NCBI RefSeq assembly: GCF_009914755.1
Contig: NC_060932.1
Length of the DNA stretch: 64,000 nt
From: the human T2T-CHM13v2.0 reference genome, Homo sapiens
Reading direction: 5' to 3' (one strand)
Shown: piece after piece, positions 58,560 to 64,000 of the stretch
Layout of the letters: every line of letters begins with the position of its first letter
How positions within the stretch are numbered: position 1 is the stretch's first letter
Made by a program: the position numbers and the translations under genes
The notes under the pieces: model-generated
What the model saw: only the letters and a program-made list of their open reading frames with translations
Told to the model about the DNA's origin: nothing
The model's database searches: none

Positions 58560-59456
58560 AAACAAGGCCCAAATATACACTACATACAAGAGACACCAAA
58601 AACAGAGAAAAGCTAAAAAGTTGTACTAGCTTAATGAAAACGGAAAGCAGTGATTGTTATGCTGATATCAGACAAAGCAGAGTTCAAGCAAAAAGGTATT
58701 AATGGCGAACACTAGGTATTAATGCTAAAACCTGCAATTCTTCAGTGATATATAACAGTTATGAATACCTATGCACCAAATAATGCAGCAGCCACCTGAA
58801 GCCAAAAACTACAGGAGATGCAAGGAGATATAAACAGAAGCACACAAATACTAAGAGATTTTAACACATCACTCTCAGTACAACACAGATCAAGTGGACA
58901 AAAAAACATATAAAAGACCAAAGCAACAAACTCTTACAGAAGATGTTATGCTGTATATGTGTGTACATATGATCCTCCATTTGATCTCAAAGAAAGCATA
59001 AGGAAGTGCCACAAGGTGGAGATATTACAGTCCCAAATCAAAATATAACAAACTAGAAATTAATAACAAAATTTTAAAAAGCAAAGGGCCCTTCTACTTG
59101 AAAAATAAACCTTTTATTAAGTAATTTGTACATGAAAGGGAAAATACAAACTAGAAAATCAATACTGAAAGAATAATAAAAATACTACATAGCAGAAACT
59201 ATAGTACAAATGTAAAACAATGGTCGAAGGAGAATTCATAACCTTCAACAGTTATAGCAATAAACGTATTCAAATGAATGAATTAAATTCAACATAAATT
59301 TTTAGAAGGTATATATTATTACTAATTTCATATTAGATTTTATTTGCTCATTTTTTTCTTCTATATTTATATTGGTATTAGACTGCAACTTCCTTTTCTG
59401 TACTGTCTTTACCAGGTTTAGGTGTCAATGACAACTTTATTTGCTAAAAAGAATTC
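58560..59456 (+). mobile_element. Old L1 ORF2 endonuclease-region fragment (the last ~100 bp is in the opposite orientation)
   Basis: atatcagacaaagcagagttcaag, tatgcaccaaataa, gagattttaacacatcactctcagta. A minus-strand L1-like tctttaccaggtttaggtgtca lies near 59410. Confidence 0.68.
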
Positions 59457-59459
59457 AGA

Positions 59460-59753
<294 letters not shown>

Positions 59754-59808
59754 TTAAAAGGCACAATAGTCACACTCAGTAACACGGGGTTTTAAGAACT
59801 ATCTTGGG

Positions 59809-60110
59809 GGACTGGGCACGGTGGCTCACGCCTGTAATCCCAGCACTCTGAGAGGCTGAGGTGGGCGAATCACCTGAGGTCAGGAGTTCAAGACCAGCCT
59901 GACCAACATGGTGAAACCCCATCTCTACTAAAAAAAAATTAAAAAATTAGCCGGGCGTGGTGGCCCACGCCTGTAGTCCCAGCTACTTGGGAGGGTGAGG
60001 CATGAGAATCTCTTGAACCCAGGTAGGGGAAGTTACAGTGAGCGAAGATCGTGCTACTGCATTCCAGCCTGGGCAACAGAGCAACACTCCATCTCAATTA
60101 AAAAAAAAAA
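59809..60110 (+). mobile_element. AluS-like SINE
   Basis: Full dimer plus tail. Confidence 0.9.
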
Positions 60111-60361
60111 TTATCTTGGGAAGTTCACCACCATTTATCACAATGTTTCTATGAGAAAATACATTCCAAGTTTCCAGTAATCAACATAAAACCAAAGTTT
60201 GGAACAAGGCCTATTTGATGATCACCCAAAATCTTACCCAGAATTTATTAGACACAATATTACATTTCCAAGAAATTATGTTATTGCAGAAACTTCTATA
60301 AACATGTAACATAAACCCTCATTAATAGTCAAAGCAAATTTGTTTTAAAAACCATACTTAT

Positions 60362-60735
<374 letters not shown>

Positions 60736-60977
60736 TCACTGAAAATCAGTATTTGAAGAAAATGCATAAAAGGTGATTGAGCATTAAGGAGAAACAGCTG
60801 GTGGATAACGTTTTTTGATTCATAAAGGAACCCTCCAAAACAAAGCAGAAAAAAAAGCTTCAAAAGTTTTTCGGAATTTTTAGAGCAATGACTGGCAACC
60901 TATATAAACCTTTCAGAATTCTGAATACTGAAAGCCCACGTATTTATATGTCACATGACATATTAAAAAGAGCTTCA

Positions 60978-61478
<501 letters not shown>

Positions 61479-61893
61479 CTATTTATTTCTCCCTTTCTAG
61501 ACAAAAGTTGTTAAAATTTTTAAATAACTTTAGGACTAGAAAGATAGACCCCTTGTTGTAAAAACATTACGAATTCAGTATTAATCAGATTTAAGTCATG
61601 GCTATATTTTCCTAAATAATCGCAACAAACTTGAGGGGAGAAAAACTTACGGTAATTATCTTTTTGTTGCCACTTTGTTTATATTCACTTTTGTAGAGAA
61701 TAATGCTTAAACTTTTAGCATAAAGAACTCAAAAAGGATTTCAATAGCATTAAAAAAAAGTGACCAAATGAAAATCAGACTAAGGTCAACCCAAAATTAT
61801 AGACATTTTTTAATTTAAGAATTGGCTCTGTTTACTTATGCTTTTGTTTTTGTCTAAAGGGGATATGAAAAATGTTAAACTTGTGTGACATAT

Positions 61894-62152
61894 CCTGTAA
61901 TCCCAGCACTTTGGGAGGCTGAGGTGGGCGGATCACAAGGTCAGGAGTTCAAGACCAGCCTGACCAACATGGTGAAACCCTGTCTCTACTAAAAACACAA
62001 AAATTAGCTGGGCATGGTGGTGCATGCCTGTAATCCCAGCTACTCAGGAGGCTGAGGCAGGAGAATCACTTGAACCCGAAGGCAAAGGCTGCAGTGAGCT
62101 GAGATCGCATCATTGCACTCCAGCCTGGGTGACAGAGCGAGACACCGGCTCA
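61894..62152 (+). mobile_element. Alu lacking both its 5' end and its A-tail
   Basis: Starts at cctgtaatccc and ends gagacaccggctca with no poly-A. Confidence 0.87.
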
Positions 62153-63159
62153 GGACCAAGATTAAGTGGTGATCCCTGGGCCTGCCTGGCTGCCTCTAAA
62201 AGCAGAACAAAGGAGCATGGAGTCCTGAAGTTCTATCATGGTAAATGTATTACCAAGTTATTAGTACTTGAATACTAACTCTGTGGCAAGAAAACAGACC
62301 AGATATTCCTTGGGAATGAACGCTGAGAAAGCTGAAAGACCAGCTTGAATGGCTATCAAGCTAGACAAGGCAGAAGAGGTATGTGTATAAAATGCTGCAT
62401 ATAATTACACAAAGGCCACAGATTTTCCAAAGCTCATGTTTAAATCCTAACTTAATAACTCCTGATATGCGCAGTTTTCTAAGGGAGAAATGATTCTCTG
62501 GGTAACATTATTCCAGGGTCAAGTAAATTTTAACACGGGCCAAAAATATCCATATGCAATAGAGAATCAGCCATTCCTCCTATAAAGCATACACCCAGAA
62601 ATAATAACAGAATCACAGCCTGATTTAATTTTTTTAATTAAGCAGATGTAAATTCTTTTAAATCTCCCACAGTAACAATGTCCAGTACAAATACACTGAT
62701 ATTTAGATTCTTTTAAAGGAACTCAAAACACTACAGTAAAGTAAGGTAAAGGGTCATGCATGGTCACTGAATTACTTTATTAAAACCTGAAAACAACACT
62801 GTAAGGAAGCGTTATTTATTCTCCTAACTTACAGGTGAATTAACCGAGAATTAGAAGTCGAATAACCTGCTCAAATCCACATAACTATGATTCCAACTCC
62901 AGAGTTTGTACTTGTAACTAAACAAGCTAAAATGCAATAAAGGCTAACAATTATAATAACAATCAGTGCACAAAGGCAGAAGCTAAGCAACTGAACCAGC
63001 CTATCATTCTGTCCTCAAACACCCTATAAGGTAAATATTATTTTAACCTCTAGAAAAACATTTACAATGTTTTTGGCCAAATGCTTGAGAAGCAAAAATC
63101 TGGCGCTTTCTTATAAATATTTTTAGCCTCAAAGAAAATGGAGGATTACAAAATGTTAT

Positions 63160-64000
63160 TTTTTAAATCAATGTTATTGAGGTAAAATTTACATTTAATG
63201 AAATGTGCCTATTTTAGGCTCAGAGTTTGATGAATTTTGACATACACTCATATTAACAATCACCAAAATGAAAATACAGAACATTTCTATCACCCCCAAA
63301 ACTTTCCTTGTATAGGAAATTCCCAGCCCCAAATCTAGACAATCAAAGAACCTCTTTCTGTCACTACGGATTAGTTTCGCCTATTCTAGAATTCCACAAA
63401 AATAGAATCTTACAGTACCTACACTATGTATCTGTCCTGTCTTCTTTTGCTCAGCATATTGTTTCTGAGATTCATGCATATCATTGGATGAATCACAAGT
63501 TTTGCTGTTGAATAGTATGCCAAGTCATGGTTACATTACAGTGTAACCATTTACCTAGTGGTAGATATTTGGGTTGTTTCCAATTTGGGGCTATTATAAA
63601 GAAAAATGCTACAAACTTTCATGTATAAGTCTTTGAATGGCCATATATTTTCATTTATCTTAGGTAAATACCACATGGAATTGCTGGGTGGTAAGATAAG
63701 TACTACATGCTTAACTTCATAAGAACATCATAAACTCTGACAAGGTGCCTGTACCATTTTATATCCCCAGCAGCAATATATGAGACTTCCAGTTGCCCCA
63801 CCATGACACTAGGTGTTGTCAGTCTTTTTAAACTTTAGCTATGGTTTTAATTTGCATTTCCCTGATGACTAATCACTTTGAGCATCTTTTCATGTGTTTA
63901 TTAGCCATTCTTATCTCTATTGTCTATTCAAAAATATTGTCCATTTTTGCCTTATTAATGAGTTGTAGGTATTCCTTTATATATTCTGAAGTCCTCTTTC
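63160..64000 (-). mobile_element. Old L1 3' end (L1MC/ME-like)
   Basis: ttattgaggtaaaatttaca, acagaacatttctatcacccc, tttaatttgcatttccctgatgactaat. Confidence 0.85.

Overview
This is primate genomic DNA, human or a very close great ape (AluY, L1, L2, MIR, THE1 and MST repeats). It lies entirely inside the STAU2 (Staufen-2, dsRNA-binding protein) gene on the minus strand. Four consecutive coding exons have clean AG/GT boundaries: 19200-19359, 17582-17689, 15650-15862 and 5638-5775. They encode the C-terminal half of dsRBD2, all of dsRBD3 with its basic NLS region, and the start of dsRBD4. Everything right of 19359 is one intron of more than 44 kb. That intron holds a processed VENTX homeobox retrocopy on the + strand (52707-53912, probably VENTXP6) with 15-bp target-site duplications. 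The window also has about 36 Alus, old L1/L2/MIR/MER fragments and two MaLR solo LTRs. Most ORFs in the supplied track are repeat artefacts. I see no convincing new multi-gene system. The best candidates for a second look are: (1) the VENTX retrocopy, whose frameshifts cancel to leave a stop-free 259-codon ORF from the ancestral ATG to the ancestral stop, with a TATA box and an AATAAA supplied by its own TSDs; (2) a non-Alu inverted-plus-direct duplication at 40.09-40.78 kb that looks like template switching and would form a ~120-bp RNA stem in the pre-mRNA of a dsRNA-binding protein; (3) a very old RTE-like LINE fossil visible only through RT motifs; (4) Alu geometry that could favour a stop-free circRNA or a tight hairpin. 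Repeat boundaries and subfamily calls were made by eye and are approximate. Comparisons with VENTX and STAU2 rely on my recall of those proteins.
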